From Ostreococcus lucimarinus (Eukaryota): a DNA stretch of 64,000 nucleotides. The stretch lies in NCBI GenBank assembly GCA_000092065.1, contig CP000583.1, one strand, 5' to 3'. Below, in pieces: positions 37,325 to 48,351 of the stretch; within the stretch, counting starts at the first letter, position 1; each line of letters begins with the position of its first letter. Both the position numbers and the translations under genes were made by a program. The notes under the pieces are model-generated. The model was given only the letters and a program-made list of their open reading frames with translations, was not told the DNA's origin and searched no databases.

Positions 37325-37476
37325 GCACTTTTTGCCCGAGTCTTATCTCTTCGTCGACGACGGCGACGCGCGACGACGACGCGCGACGGCGACGCGCGAC
37401 GAAGGGAGAGGAATCGGGCGCTGGTGATGAGATGATTCTAAGTCAAAGAGTGATTATCGCAACGACGCGGGATGGT

Positions 37477-40400
37477 CTACGCGACGATGTCGCCGGGCAA
37501 GCCGAGCTTTTCGACGAGCTTGGGGACGACGGCGCCGTCGTCTTTGTCCACCTCGCCGCGAAGATCGGCGAGTTTGACGCCGGAAGCTTTCAATAACGCG
37601 GGCATTTTGTCGGTGTCGTCGCCGGCGAGCGCTTGCACGCGGGCGAGAACGTGAGCGAAGATGGTGAGGGCGAAACCTTCGGCTAAGATGTACCCGGGGT
37701 CTTCCCCCTCCGGCGTGGCTTTACGAAGGGCATCGGCGAGGGAGGCGAGCGTGCAAGAGCCATCGATAACTGGTCCAGCGAGAGAGGCGGCGATGTGGTC
37801 ACCAGCCTTGGGCAAGTCGCACATGACATCTTCGATGTTGTTGAAGAGCGGCGCAAAACCTTCAATCAACTGAGCGCCAGACATCGGGCCGTCAGAGGCG
37901 GCGAGCGCGCGAACGAGCCCGTACGCAGCCTCCCAGTCCATGTCGCGACGCTCAAAGCTCGTCGTCAAGAAGTATTCGATGAACGCAACGATGCGTCGCG
38001 GGTCCCACGTTGCGATGACCTTAACGGCTTCGCTGGTGTCCTTATCGTCATAAAAGTACTCCGTCGTCTTCTTGCGCTCAGCAATGAAAGCTGCGTCGTC
38101 GACCATGGCCTTCTCCTCCGTCGCCACCTTTGGCACAGGTACCGCCGCAGGCTTAGACTCAGCCGCTGAAAGTGTGCCTCGCGGCTGCGGAATGCTCGAT
38201 CGAGCGTCCATCTCGCGTGCGCCGCCGCCGCCTCTGACATCACCTCCCCCACGCTCGCGCTCGTCGCGCACGCCACTACCACCCGCACCACGTCGATCGC
38301 CACCGCCGAATGCACCTCGCGATTCGGTGCGTTGGAATCCGCCTGATCGATCGTCGCCACCTCGTGGCGCGCCACGGCTCGGGGGACGATCAAAGTCGCC
38401 GCCTCGGCGACTGTCGCTTCGCGGCATGGCACCAAATGAACCAGTGCGCTCGGGGCGACCGCCGGCACGGCGCGTTTGCTCCATGGCTGCGCGTTGTGCG
38501 TCGCGGTGAACGTCTTCAATCTTCTTCGGGCCTTCTTCCTTGCGACGCTCGCGCCACCCCTTGGCGCGAGTGTCCATGACGTCTTGCAACATGAATCGAT
38601 GACGAGAAGACATCTCTTCAGATTTGCTCAACACTTCCATGCGGCGGAAGTACGCATCCATGTACGCCTTGGCTTTTTGGTGATCAAGTTGACCGCCAAC
38701 AGTAGTCATGAGCTTACACAAAGCCTCCACGTCTTCCTCGTTCGGAGTCTTTTCGCCCTCGCCTAGAAGCTTCATGATGCACGTATGCATAATGCGTTCG
38801 GTGAGCATTGACTTTTTGAATAATTCACCGATGAAACGAATGTTACCGAGCATGCGTCTGCGCGCCTGGAGAAGTCTGTCCTCTCTCTTCAGTTGCTTGC
38901 GTCGCTCTTCGAGCGCAAGCTCCTCCTCAGTCTTCGGCTTTGGCGGTTCATCGATTTCACCATCCTCGAGCTCCTTCTCAGTCTCGGACTTTTCTTCACC
39001 CTCTTCACCCTCTTTCTTGTCGTCGTCTTCATCGTCACCCGCTTCAGCCTTGGCGATGGCTTTGTCGCCAGATTCGAACTCTTCTTGGCACTTGTTAAGA
39101 AGTACGCGCTTGAACGTGATAGCTTGTTGTCCCTCCGGCGCAGCGGGATCTAAGAATTCTACGCCCTCGCTCAAGAAGCGATCAGAAAGCACGCGACACA
39201 ACTCGGCGTACAAAGAAGAGAAGGTGGGCTCTTGAAGCGCCTTTTCGAACAATTGTCCGATGAGTCCGACCAAAGTGATGGCTTCGGTGATGCCGACGTC
39301 GAGAAGCTTCTCGAGAAGCTTCTCAAAGTTATCAGGTGTAAGCTTGTTGAGAATCGCCTTGAACGAACGCTGACGTTTCTGTTCTTCATCGTCCACGGTA
39401 CCAATGACGTACTTGTTATCTGTCTTGTGCAACTTCGGGAGCTCGCCTGCTGGGATGCGATATTGCGACTGGTTGTATCCGCCGCCACCGCGACGATCGC
39501 CGCGACGACCACCTTCGCCCGCGGGCAACTGTCGATGCGCCCACTTATCATCTCCTTTTTTACCGTCGTAACCACCGCCACCGCGGCTTCCACCGCCTCG
39601 ACGACCGCCGCCACCGCCGCGACCGCCACCGAACGATTGCACTCCCGGCGGACAAATGAAACCAGGCACGGGCCAGTAGTCAATGTCATCAGGAACGGTC
39701 CAATTCGCTGGCGTTGTTTGTGCGATCGGGGCATCGCGCATGGCTTTGAGCTCATCCACAGTGTACTTGCCATCGGCAGGTTTCGCCGCGAGGGTGAAGT
39801 CTGTAATCGGCGGCGGCAAGCGCGAGCGCTTCACGTCGGCGGCGGATCCAACGTCAGAGCCAGCGTCGGAGCCGATGCTCGAGACAGATTCCGACGTCGC
39901 GAGCTGCACCCCAGCCACGGCTTCGGCGAGCTCCTCGACGACTTTGTGCTTGGGCGGTTCGGGCGCCTTGGGCGCTTCCTCTTGCTTGGGAGGCTGCGGC
40001 TTGGGCGCTTCGGGAGCCTTGCGCAAAATGTCCGCCGCCGTCGGCGCCACGGGTTTCACCGGCGCCGGCGCGGGTGCCGGCACTTCCGCGGCTTTCGGTG
40101 CGACCGGTTCGGGCGCGGGCGCGGGCGCGGGCGGCGCCGCGGGCTTGGCCGCCATCGCCGCAAAGTTGATCGGCGGCGGCACCGCCGGCGCGGACGCGGC
40201 CGGCGCGACTGGCGCCGCCGGCGCCGCCGGCGCCGGCGATGCGACACCCGCAGGCGCCGCCGCTGCGACAGCAGCGGGCGACGCGCTCGCCGCGGGAGGC
40301 GTCGACGACACCGGCTTCTCAACCTTGACCTCTTGCTTCGTCTTCGGGTTAACAATCTTGATCGCCTTGCTCGCCACCTTTGTCGGCGGCGTCGACGGCG

Positions 40401-40827
40401 TCGACGGCGGTTTGATCCCCGGCGGCTTCGCGTACGCCGGCATTCCCATCGGTGGCATTCCCATCATCATCCCCGGATGAAACGGCGCTCCTCCCTGCAC
40501 GAACATCTGCCCCGGAGCCATCCCCGGCGCGCCCGGCTTCCCGCCCGGCGGCATCATCCCCATCATCGGTCCTCCCGGCATCGGTCGACCCCCCGGCGGC
40601 ATCCCCGGCATCCCCATTCCCGGTCCTCCCACCCCGGGCTTTCCTCCCCCGCCCTTCGCCATGTTCATCGTCCCGAACATGAACTGTTGCGGCGGCATGC
40701 CGCTCCCCGCCGCGCTCGCGATGACCTTCTTCTCCTCCTCCGTTCCCTTCGCCCCCCCCCCGCTCGCGTTCCCGCGCGGTTGCGGCACTCCCGGCGCCTG
40801 ATTACGATTCGGCATCGCGCCCGACAT
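37477..40827 (-). CDS. EIF4G: Eukaryotic translation initiation factor 4G (eIF4G).
   Basis: The N-terminus is Pro/Gly/Ala-rich with a 4E-binding-like KYTVDELKAM. A MIF4G domain follows (…FKAILNKLTPDNFEKLLEKLLDVGI…LIGQLFEKALQEPTFSSLYAELC…), and there is a C-terminal MA3 domain (…VKVIATWDPRRIVAFIEYFLTTSFERRDMDWEAAYGLV…). Confidence 0.85.
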   Translation of the reverse strand: MSGAMPNRNQAPGVPQPRGNASGGGAKGTEEEKKVIASAAGSGMPPQQFMFGTMNMAKGGGGKPGVGGPGMGMPGMPPGGRPMPGGPMMGMMPPGGKPGAPGMAPGQMFVQGGAPFHPGMMMGMPPMGMPAYAKPPGIKPPSTPSTPPTKVASKAIKIVNPKTKQEVKVEKPVSSTPPAASASPAAVAAAAPAGVASPAPAAPAAPVAPAASAPAVPPPINFAAMAAKPAAPPAPAPAPEPVAPKAAEVPAPAPAPVKPVAPTAADILRKAPEAPKPQPPKQEEAPKAPEPPKHKVVEELAEAVAGVQLATSESVSSIGSDAGSDVGSAADVKRSRLPPPITDFTLAAKPADGKYTVDELKAMRDAPIAQTTPANWTVPDDIDYWPVPGFICPPGVQSFGGGRGGGGGRRGGGSRGGGGYDGKKGDDKWAHRQLPAGEGGRRGDRRGGGGYNQSQYRIPAGELPKLHKTDNKYVIGTVDDEEQKRQRSFKAILNKLTPDNFEKLLEKLLDVGITEAITLVGLIGQLFEKALQEPTFSSLYAELCRVLSDRFLSEGVEFLDPAAPEGQQAITFKRVLLNKCQEEFESGDKAIAKAEAGDDEDDDKKEGEEGEEKSETEKELEDGEIDEPPKPKTEEELALEERRKQLKREDRLLQARRRMLGNIRFIGELFKKSMLTERIMHTCIMKLLGEGEKTPNEEDVEALCKLMTTVGGQLDHQKAKAYMDAYFRRMEVLSKSEEMSSRHRFMLQDVMDTRAKGWRERRKEEGPKKIEDVHRDAQRAAMEQTRRAGGRPERTGSFGAMPRSDSRRGGDFDRPPSRGAPRGGDDRSGGFQRTESRGAFGGGDRRGAGGSGVRDERERGGGDVRGGGGAREMDARSSIPQPRGTLSAAESKPAAVPVPKVATEEKAMVDDAAFIAERKKTTEYFYDDKDTSEAVKVIATWDPRRIVAFIEYFLTTSFERRDMDWEAAYGLVRALAASDGPMSGAQLIEGFAPLFNNIEDVMCDLPKAGDHIAASLAGPVIDGSCTLASLADALRKATPEGEDPGYILAEGFALTIFAHVLARVQALAGDDTDKMPALLKASGVKLADLRGEVDKDDGAVVPKLVEKLGLPGDIVA

Positions 40828-41363
40828 CTCTCGAGTCGTCCCTCGCGTCTCCGCGCCCTCCGCGCGCGTCGCGCGCGCCGATCGATCGCCGACGCTCGCC
40901 TCGCCGCCGCCGATCGACGCGCCGCGCGCCGTCGCTCGCCGTCGCTCGCGGTCGCTCGCGTCCGCCGAGTCGTCGCGCGCTCGGATCGTCGTCGACCGAT
41001 CGGCGCTCGCGTCGAAGTCGGACGTGCGCGAGACGCGCCGTCGTTCTGCCGTCGCCGCGCCGCGCGCGCGTCGCCTCGTCGTCGGGCGAGGTCAAAACGC
41101 TCGGTGATTAGGGTCACGCGCGCACATGGCCTCGCGCGCGTCGAGACTACGGCGTCGCGCGTCCTCGTGCGTTTATCTCGATCGACGCGCGCCGTCGATC
41201 GCGGTCGCGCGATCGATCGACGCCTCGAGGGTCGACGCGCGCGCGCGATCGAGGTTCGATCGCGGGTTCGATCGACGCGGGCGCGCGCGGGGCGTCGCGC
41301 GGCGCGGCGCGGCGCGGCGCGGCGCGCGAGACGACGACGCGCGACGACGCGAGGCGACGCGGG

Positions 41364-44300
41364 ATGGACGCGCGCGCGACGTCGAGGGCGTCGGCGTGGA
41401 CGCGCGCGCGCGAGACGCGCGCGAGGGGCGAGCGACGCGCGGCGAGCGGCGACGGCGCGCGCGCGCGGGCGAACGCGCGGCGGCGAGCGACGCGCGCGAC
41501 GCGCGCGCGAGGGGCGGAGCACGCGCTGGACGCGCTGTACCTGGGCGGACGCGCCGAGCGGGACGCGCGCGAGCTCGTGCTGCGGATCGGGGAGAGCGAG
41601 GTGAGGCTGGAGACTGGGAAGATTGGGTTGCAGGCGAACGGCGCGGTGTTCGCGAGCGAGGGGGAGACGGTGCTGTACAACACGGCGTGCGCGTCGAGGG
41701 AGTGCACGGGAGATGGGTCGTTCGTGCCGCTGACGGTGAATTACGCGGAGCGGTTCTCGGCGGCGGGGAGGACGTCGGGAGGGTATAAGAAGCGAGACGG
41801 GGGGTTAAGAGAAAACGAGACGCTCAAGGCGCGATTGGTCGATCGGCCGATACGACCGATGATGTACAAGGGATGGGGATACGAAACGCAGGTTTTGCAG
41901 TGGTTGATGAGTTTTGACGCCGAGCGATCGACGGATGCGCTGGCGATCACGGCGGCGTCGGCGGCGTTGGCGGTGAGCGACATTCCGCTGAAGAAGCCCG
42001 TCGTGGGCGTTCGAGTGGGTCTGATGCCTGGCTCGGATGAACCGGTGGTGAATCCGACGTCGGAACAAATGAAACAATCGAGATTGGACTTGGTGCTCGC
42101 CGGCACGGACGAGGCGGTGCTCATGATTGAGGGCTTTTGCGACTTTTTGACCACGGATGAAATGTTGCGAGCGATTGAAAAGGGCCAAGAGGCGGTGGCC
42201 AAGGCGTGCAAGGAAATTGACGCTTGGGCCGCAACTGTCGCGCCGCAGAAGATGATGCAAAAACTCATCGTGCAGCCCGAGGGCGTGGACGAGGCTGTCG
42301 CTGCGCTCGTGGAGGATGAATTGAAGCAAGCCATCGTCGTTCCGATCAAGCAAGAGCGAGGGGCGATGATTGGCGCCGCCCGCGAACGCGCAGTGGAAGC
42401 TCTTCAAGATGAATTCCAGGTACGTCAGTGGTTGCGCATACGCTGTCTCGCGCGAATCGGCGCTATTTCTCGCGCGAAACCTCGATAAGTCCCGCGCTCT
42501 ACCGAATAGTCGCAGCCGTTTCTCTCGAGAACTTGTTGGTTGCGGCTCAACTGCGAGCGCGTAAAGAAACGTGAATGCTTCGAACGGGCGCCCAGCCCAC
42601 CTTGGTGTCGCAGCCGAGTACTTCTGGATCCGCCCTTTGCACGCATTGCAAATTCTTGACGACGCCGCGAGCGAGACGGAACCGACTGACTTATGTACAC
42701 TTTTTCACACATCGTCGCAGGCTTCCGCCGTAATCAACGCGTGCGGCAAAATTGAGTCACGCGCCCTTCGCGACGTGATCCGAACCAAAGGTCGTCGTCA
42801 AGATGGTCGCACGACGTCGATGATTCGTCCGATTGCGTGCGAGGCGGGTATACTTCCTCGAACGCATGGCAGCTCGTTATTTACTCGCGGCGAAACGCAA
42901 GCCATCGGCGTCGCGACTCTCGGCGGTAGTCAGGATGCTCAGCGTCAAGACGACGTCGAAGCGGGCGAAGACAAACGCTTCATGTTGCACTACTTCTTCC
43001 CTCCGTCATCTGTTGGCGAAACTGGTCGCACGGGTGGCGCATCCCGACGTGAGATTGGTCACGGAAACTTGGCTGAACGCGCGCTCATGCCCATCCTTCC
43101 ATCGGAGGAGGACTTCCCTTTCGTGTGCAAACTGGAAAGCACAATCACGGAAAGTAACGGTTCCTCGTCAATGGCCACTGTCTGCGCGGGCACGCTCGCT
43201 TTGCTCGATGCCGGTGTTCCTATTAAAAGGTGCGGGTTTGGCGACATAGTCGTCGCGGAAATATTTTTCGAAAAAGCCAGGTCCTTAAGAACGCTCTTCG
43301 TTGCGCCGCTTTTGTGGTGTATGGAGAGAGATCGAGTCATAACTTGGCGACATTCAGATGCATAGCGACGCGTTTTGCGTCGTTTATTTGCTGCTGCGCT
43401 AGCGGTTGAACCGTGGAACGGACGATTCTTCAACTGTCCCGCGCTGTATTCAAACGCCGCGCGGAAATTTGTTTCTCGCGTCGCGCTCGCTCTCTCAGTC
43501 ACTGACCTTTTTTTATATTTTCAATTCGCAGGAAAGTCGCGGGTATCGCCATGGGCTTAATTTTGGGTTCTGAAGCCGCGGGCGGTGGCGATGAGCTCGA
43601 GCCCATCGTTCTCACCGATATCTTGGGCTCTGAAGACGCGCTCGGCGACATGGATTTTAAAGTTGCAGGCGACAAGGACGGTATCACCGCGTTCCAGATG
43701 GATATCAAGGTCGAAGGTATCACGATCGATGTCATGAAAACCGCGCTCGAAGAGGCGCAAAAGGGACTCGTGCACATCCTCGGCGAGATGGAAAAATGTG
43801 ACCCTGCGCCCGCGGGCGCCACGAGCAAGTATGCCCCGCGCATCGCTTCCATCGCGGTGCCGGAGAAGTACTTTGGCAAAGTCATCGGTAAGGGTGGGGA
43901 GACCATTCGTTCCATCATGGAGAAGACTGGTGCTGAGAACATCGATGTTAACAAAGAAAAGGAGATGGTGTTTGTCACTGGTGGCGCTGACGCGGACCTC
44001 GATGCGGCGATTCGGATGATCGAGGGCATGATTGTTGAACCAGAGGTGGGTAAAATTTATCGCGGCTGCGTCGTGAAGAAGGTTGTTGAATTCGGCTGCT
44101 TTGTTGAATATTTGCCGGGTCTCGAAGGACTTGTCCATATCAGTGAGCTCGACGTTTCACGCGTGCCAAACGTCTCCGACGTGACGTCCGAAGGAGCGGT
44201 GATGGATGTCAAGATTATCGCGGTCGATAATCGTGGTAAAACCAGTCTGAGTCGCAAAGAAGTTTTATTGGAGGAAAACCCAGAACTCGCCGCGGCCGGT

Positions 44301-44438
44301 TCTATGTCCGACGACAGCGCGAATGAAAGGAACGGTGGTGGCGGCGGACGAGGTGGTGGCGGACGCGGGGGTCGCGGTGGTCGTGCAGGACCGAAACGTG
44401 ATTCGGGCGGCCCCAAGCGCGACTCGGGCGGGTTCTAA
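41364..44438 (+). CDS. PNP: Polyribonucleotide nucleotidyltransferase (PNPase), organellar type with an N-terminal presequence. It has three exons: join(41364..42419, 42721..43229, 43532..44438).
   Basis: Exon 1 encodes RNase PH domain 1 (…[24 protein letters not shown]…). Exon 2 encodes RNase PH domain 2 (…[21 protein letters not shown]…[15 protein letters not shown]). Exon 3 encodes …VAGIAMGLI…[18 protein letters not shown]… followed by KH and S1 domains. The splice junctions restore the expected conserved sequence (…VPIK|R|KVAGIAMG…). Confidence 0.85.
42420..42720 (+). other. PNPase intron 1 (301 nt, phase 0): GTACGT … aCTGACttatgtacactttttcacacatcgtcgCAG.
   Basis: A canonical GTACGT donor follows …DEFQ. 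A CTGAC branch motif and a pyrimidine tract precede the CAG acceptor. Exon 2 begins [12 protein letters not shown]… in frame. Confidence 0.75.
43230..43531 (+). other. PNPase intron 2 (302 nt, phase 2): GTGCGG … cACTGACctttttttatattttcaattcgCAG.
   Basis: The split AG|G codon gives Arg. The intron is AT-richer than its flanks and has the same CTGAC + polypyrimidine + CAG architecture as intron 1. Confidence 0.7.
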
Positions 44439-44504
44439 TTTTTCTGATTTTTCGCGCATTTTTATCGGCATTACTAGATGTAGAGCTAGGCTATTGCGAT
44501 TGAC

Positions 44505-47033
44505 TTAAAGCTTAAAGCGCTCCTCGCTAGCAGATCCCCGAGTAGACCCCCGAGTTCCTTCACGAAACACCTTCTTCGGCGTCGAATTTTTCACCGACTT
44601 GGCTTTGGGCTTCCCCTTTTCGTCTTTGAAGGCGTGGTCCGCGTGTCGATGCGCGTCCAGGCGCTCGATGAGATCAGCTTTGCGTCCCTTTGTCGGTAGC
44701 CCATGGCATTTCAACTCCAGCTTGAGTTCCCCCACTTGCTTCTTTTCCCACGCTCGCCGCGGATCCACCGCCTCGTCTTCTGCTTCCTCTGGGTCGGCGT
44801 TCATCGTAGCGTCGGCGTTCGTGTCGTCGTCTTCATCTTCGTCTTCATCTTCGTCTTCATCTTCGTCTGGTTCGGACTCTGATTCAGGCTCTGAGCCAGC
44901 GTTCGAATCAGACGAATCTGATACATCCGCTTCTCGGCTTCGCTTCTTCCCCGACGACGGACTCCGTGCTGCTGGTGTTTCTTCGGAACGCCTCTCTTTT
45001 CGTGGCAAATTTTCTTGACATCCATTCGTATCATCACCTTTTCGCCCTTCCAGAGCCGAGATATCGATATGTCGAAACTTTGGCTTGATTTCGTCCTCTT
45101 CGCTTTCACGCTTTATCTCCACGCCCTCCTTCGGAGCTTCTGAGCCATCCTCCACGTTTGCATCGGCATCCGCGTCGGTATCAGCTTTGGCTTTGAATTT
45201 AGCGTGTTGCTGTTTGGCGTTATTTTGCCTATCCAGGACTCCAAGCGCGGCGGCGAGGCGCGATCCTGAGCCTGCCGCCGCACGAGCCGCGCCACCTCTC
45301 TCCGCGATGCCAAGCGCCGCTTCCTTCGCTTGCATGTCCATTAAGGGCTTCAATAAATCACCTGCATTCGGCGGATAAAACAAACGCTCAGCTTTTTTGC
45401 GATGGTGTTCGGCACGCAGCAAGACATCCGACTCGGTGGCGGCGTCGTCAGATTCGTTTTCATCCTTTGACGTGATGGAATCGCCTTCAGATGAATCCTT
45501 CGTCGGGCGAAGTGCTCCATGCGCGGCCGTTTCTTGCAGATGCTTTCGTGCCTTTATGGCAAACTTTCCATAGTCCATATGCCAACGAAGTCTCAGAGTT
45601 TCCAACATGCTTTGCACCGTGCCGAGGACGCCTCCAGTACCTCCCGCCTCGTGCTGCTCGATCCCCGATCCGAAGTCCACGTCTGTGCCGTACGGCATGA
45701 ACGGAGTGACGGCCAGAATGTGCGACTGCGCTTCAGCCTCCCATACGACAGTTCTATCGTCTACGATGACCGTGAGTTCGGCGGGAAAGTGAGCGCCGCA
45801 CGTCGTGCGCAAAGATTTCATCTCGTCCACGCCGACGGACTTGACTCTGTGCTCGAGTTGTGCGGGTTCAAACACCGCCCCGTGCGGATCTAAAATCCTA
45901 CAAACCTCCCGCGCGTAGTTATTGGAAGCTTTTGTACAAACAAAAACTTCAGCGCGCTTTGATTGACGACCGTCGGATCCGGCCAAGTACTTTCGCATCT
46001 CCTCCCAACCCGGACGCACGTGCACGAGCATCGCCGTGGCGGGGTTTGCCGGGTTGATCACCGTGAACACGAGCATCGCGCCCTTGATGTGCGGACTCGG
46101 AATTCGAATAATGTTTCGCAATCTTTGCATACCGTTGGGCAAGCTCTCGATCTCTGGAATCGTCACCGATCGTCTGTTGTTGTGCGTCACCGCGCCTTCG
46201 GAACAATACTGGTACAGCATCGCTCTATCGGTTTGCAAGCGCCGCAGCGCTTGCTCGCACGCAATCTTATCCTGCTTCACCTCTTCAATCATCACCGTCG
46301 AAACCCTCGGATTCGTCACGTCGAACTTCATCAGGCTCACCATTTTCAACCGCGTCGCCTCGATGCGTCGATCCAACATGTGCAGCGTCGTCGACTGCAC
46401 GAGCGTCTCGTCCAAATCAAACACCACCACCAAGCGATTATGTTTCAACAACGGTTGCGCGTACGCCGGCGCCATCTCATCCGTTTTAAACGCCACAAAC
46501 CGCGTCGTCGCGGACGCTCCTCCGTCCGCCCGCCTCTCATCTCCCGTCCCCTCGCCTCCGTCCTCTTCGCCTTCGCGCGTCGCCTCCGGCACCGCCACCA
46601 AGTGCAGTTCCCCGCTCGTCCTCCCCTCCCCATCCTTCATCTGCACCACCGCGCTCTTATTCTCCCGCGTCATCTCCGCGTGTAACTCCTCGATCGCTCG
46701 TCTCTCCTCCTCCTCGCACGTCGCGCACGGCGCGCATCGAAACGACGGCGCGCCCCCGCTCGAGCGCGCGAGAAAGTGCAGCGCCGCGAGCGGATCGAAC
46801 GCGTCTCGAGATTCCCAGAACCCAACGATCGCCATCTCCCCCCCCGCGCCGCGCAATTCTTCCAGCAGCGTCTCGTTCGCCGTTCGCTTCGCGCCCGCGT
46901 TCGCTTCGCGCGCGTCGCCGTCGTCGTTCGCGCGCGGATCCTCCGCGACGCCCTCGAGCGCGTCGCACGCGAGCCTGAGCCCCGTCTGACGCTCGCGCTT
47001 CACCACGCTCGCCGTGAGCGCGACCGGCGGCAT
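44505..47033 (-). CDS. FCP1-homology (NLI-interacting factor/HAD-like) protein phosphatase with an acidic region and a C-terminal SAP motif.
   Basis: The DxDxT catalytic motif lies in …LVVVFDLDETLVQS…, with more NIF-domain sequence downstream (…VFVCTKASNNYAREVCRILDP…VIVDDRTVVW…). The acidic stretch is …EPDEDEDEDEDEDEDDD…. The SAP-like element is …VGELKLELKCHGLPTKGRKADLIERL…. Confidence 0.7.
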   Translation of the reverse strand: MPPVALTASVVKRERQTGLRLACDALEGVAEDPRANDDGDAREANAGAKRTANETLLEELRGAGGEMAIVGFWESRDAFDPLAALHFLARSSGGAPSFRCAPCATCEEEERRAIEELHAEMTRENKSAVVQMKDGEGRTSGELHLVAVPEATREGEEDGGEGTGDERRADGGASATTRFVAFKTDEMAPAYAQPLLKHNRLVVVFDLDETLVQSTTLHMLDRRIEATRLKMVSLMKFDVTNPRVSTVMIEEVKQDKIACEQALRRLQTDRAMLYQYCSEGAVTHNNRRSVTIPEIESLPNGMQRLRNIIRIPSPHIKGAMLVFTVINPANPATAMLVHVRPGWEEMRKYLAGSDGRQSKRAEVFVCTKASNNYAREVCRILDPHGAVFEPAQLEHRVKSVGVDEMKSLRTTCGAHFPAELTVIVDDRTVVWEAEAQSHILAVTPFMPYGTDVDFGSGIEQHEAGGTGGVLGTVQSMLETLRLRWHMDYGKFAIKARKHLQETAAHGALRPTKDSSEGDSITSKDENESDDAATESDVLLRAEHHRKKAERLFYPPNAGDLLKPLMDMQAKEAALGIAERGGAARAAAGSGSRLAAALGVLDRQNNAKQQHAKFKAKADTDADADANVEDGSEAPKEGVEIKRESEEDEIKPKFRHIDISALEGRKGDDTNGCQENLPRKERRSEETPAARSPSSGKKRSREADVSDSSDSNAGSEPESESEPDEDEDEDEDEDEDDDTNADATMNADPEEAEDEAVDPRRAWEKKQVGELKLELKCHGLPTKGRKADLIERLDAHRHADHAFKDEKGKPKAKSVKNSTPKKVFREGTRGSTRGSASEERFKL

Positions 47034-47291
47034 CGTCGCCGTCGTCCGCGTCCGCGCGCGGCGCGCGGGCGTCGCGCGGCGCGACGCGAGGCGGCGAATG
47101 CCGCCGACGCGCGCGCGACGACGCGGTCGAGCGCGGCGTCAGAGCGCCGCGCGCGGACGCCGCGCGCGGGCGAGGCGGCGATGGCGGCGCGCGCGGCGGC
47201 GCGCGCGGCGGCGCGCGACGGCGCGACGCGCGACGCGCGCGCGCGCGCGGGACGCGCGCGGGAACGGCGCGCGTCCGCGAGGCGAACGCCG

Positions 47292-47426
47292 ATGGTTCGC
47301 GCGACGACGCGGGACGAGCGCGCGCGCGTGTACATCGAGCACACGGATGCGTACGGCGTGGTGTTTTACGCGAATTACTTCGCGTTCGCGTCGAACGCGG
47401 CGGAGGCGCTCGGGAGAGTCGCGGCG

Positions 47427-47458
<32 letters not shown>

Positions 47459-48191
47459 GAACGCCGGCGGTTTCGATTTCGGGCGCGCGTTTCGATGCGC
47501 GAGGATCGAGCATTGTAAGTACGCGCGCGCGGCGACTCTGGGAGACGCCATCGCGGTTCGGTCGGAGGTGGTGCGCGCGGACGAACGGAGCGCGACGTTG
47601 AGGCAAGAAATCGTTTCGGCGAACGACGACGCCGACGAGACGGTGTTTCTCAGCGCGGAAATAACGTACGCGGGCGCGGGCGCGGAAACGGACGATAGTG
47701 TGGGTGTCGGCGACACCGCGGGCGATGAGACGTTCGCGGCGCCGTGGGAGATGGAAGACGGGAGATGCGCGTCGACGGCGGTGAGGATGTATCGAGGCGA
47801 ACGCTCCGCCGCCCAACGCTCGCACGTCGACATCTTGCGATTCTTCGAACGCGCTCGAACCGACGCCATCGGTGGTTCGGACGCGCTGAGTGCGCTGCAG
47901 GACGATGGCGTTGTCGTCGTCGTGTCGCGTTTGCAGGCGTATTTCCCGCGCGGCGACGGTTCCCAATCGAAATCTTCGTCATCTGTTATCCCGGTGTACG
48001 ACGTCAAATCAACCGTCGAACTCAAGCGTCGCGGTATCCAAGTCGTGTTTCACCAAGCCATGTTTGCCGACGACGGCGCGTGCGTCGGATACGGCGATGT
48101 CACGTGCACGTGCTTGGACGCGAAGACTATGCGTCCGATGCCGTGCCCGCCGGCGCTCGTTGACACGTTCGCGCCGTTCTGCATCGCGTGA
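47292..48191 (+). CDS. Hotdog-fold acyl-CoA thioesterase (4HBT family), possibly tandem hotdog, with a Gly-rich insert.
   Basis: The motif …YIEHTDAYGVVFYANYFAF… is typical of the 4HBT/YbgC class. The start is set at the ATG at 47292. A longer Ala/Arg-rich targeting-like extension is possible from an upstream in-frame ATG (~47180), but the 5' end of ORF 46776.. overlaps the FCP1 gene and is an artefact. Confidence 0.6.
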
Positions 48192-48351
48192 GCCCTAGCG
48201 CTAGCCCGCTCGACGCGACGAAGCAGCGATCGATGTAAAATCATCCGTTCTCTAGTTTCTTATTCGCCGCGCGCCGATCTTCGCGTCGCGGCCGATTTCT
48301 CTCCGCTCTCGACGCGCCGCCGCCGCACTCGCCGCCGCGCGCGCGCCGTCG

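Noticed and set aside
44439-44504. A possible small RNA or tRNA in short AT-rich spacers (44439-44504, 52667-52967, 6486-6669).
   Set aside because: I found no cloverleaf-compatible inverted repeats or A/B-box-like motifs. These are most simply the overlapping 3' UTRs of convergent genes.
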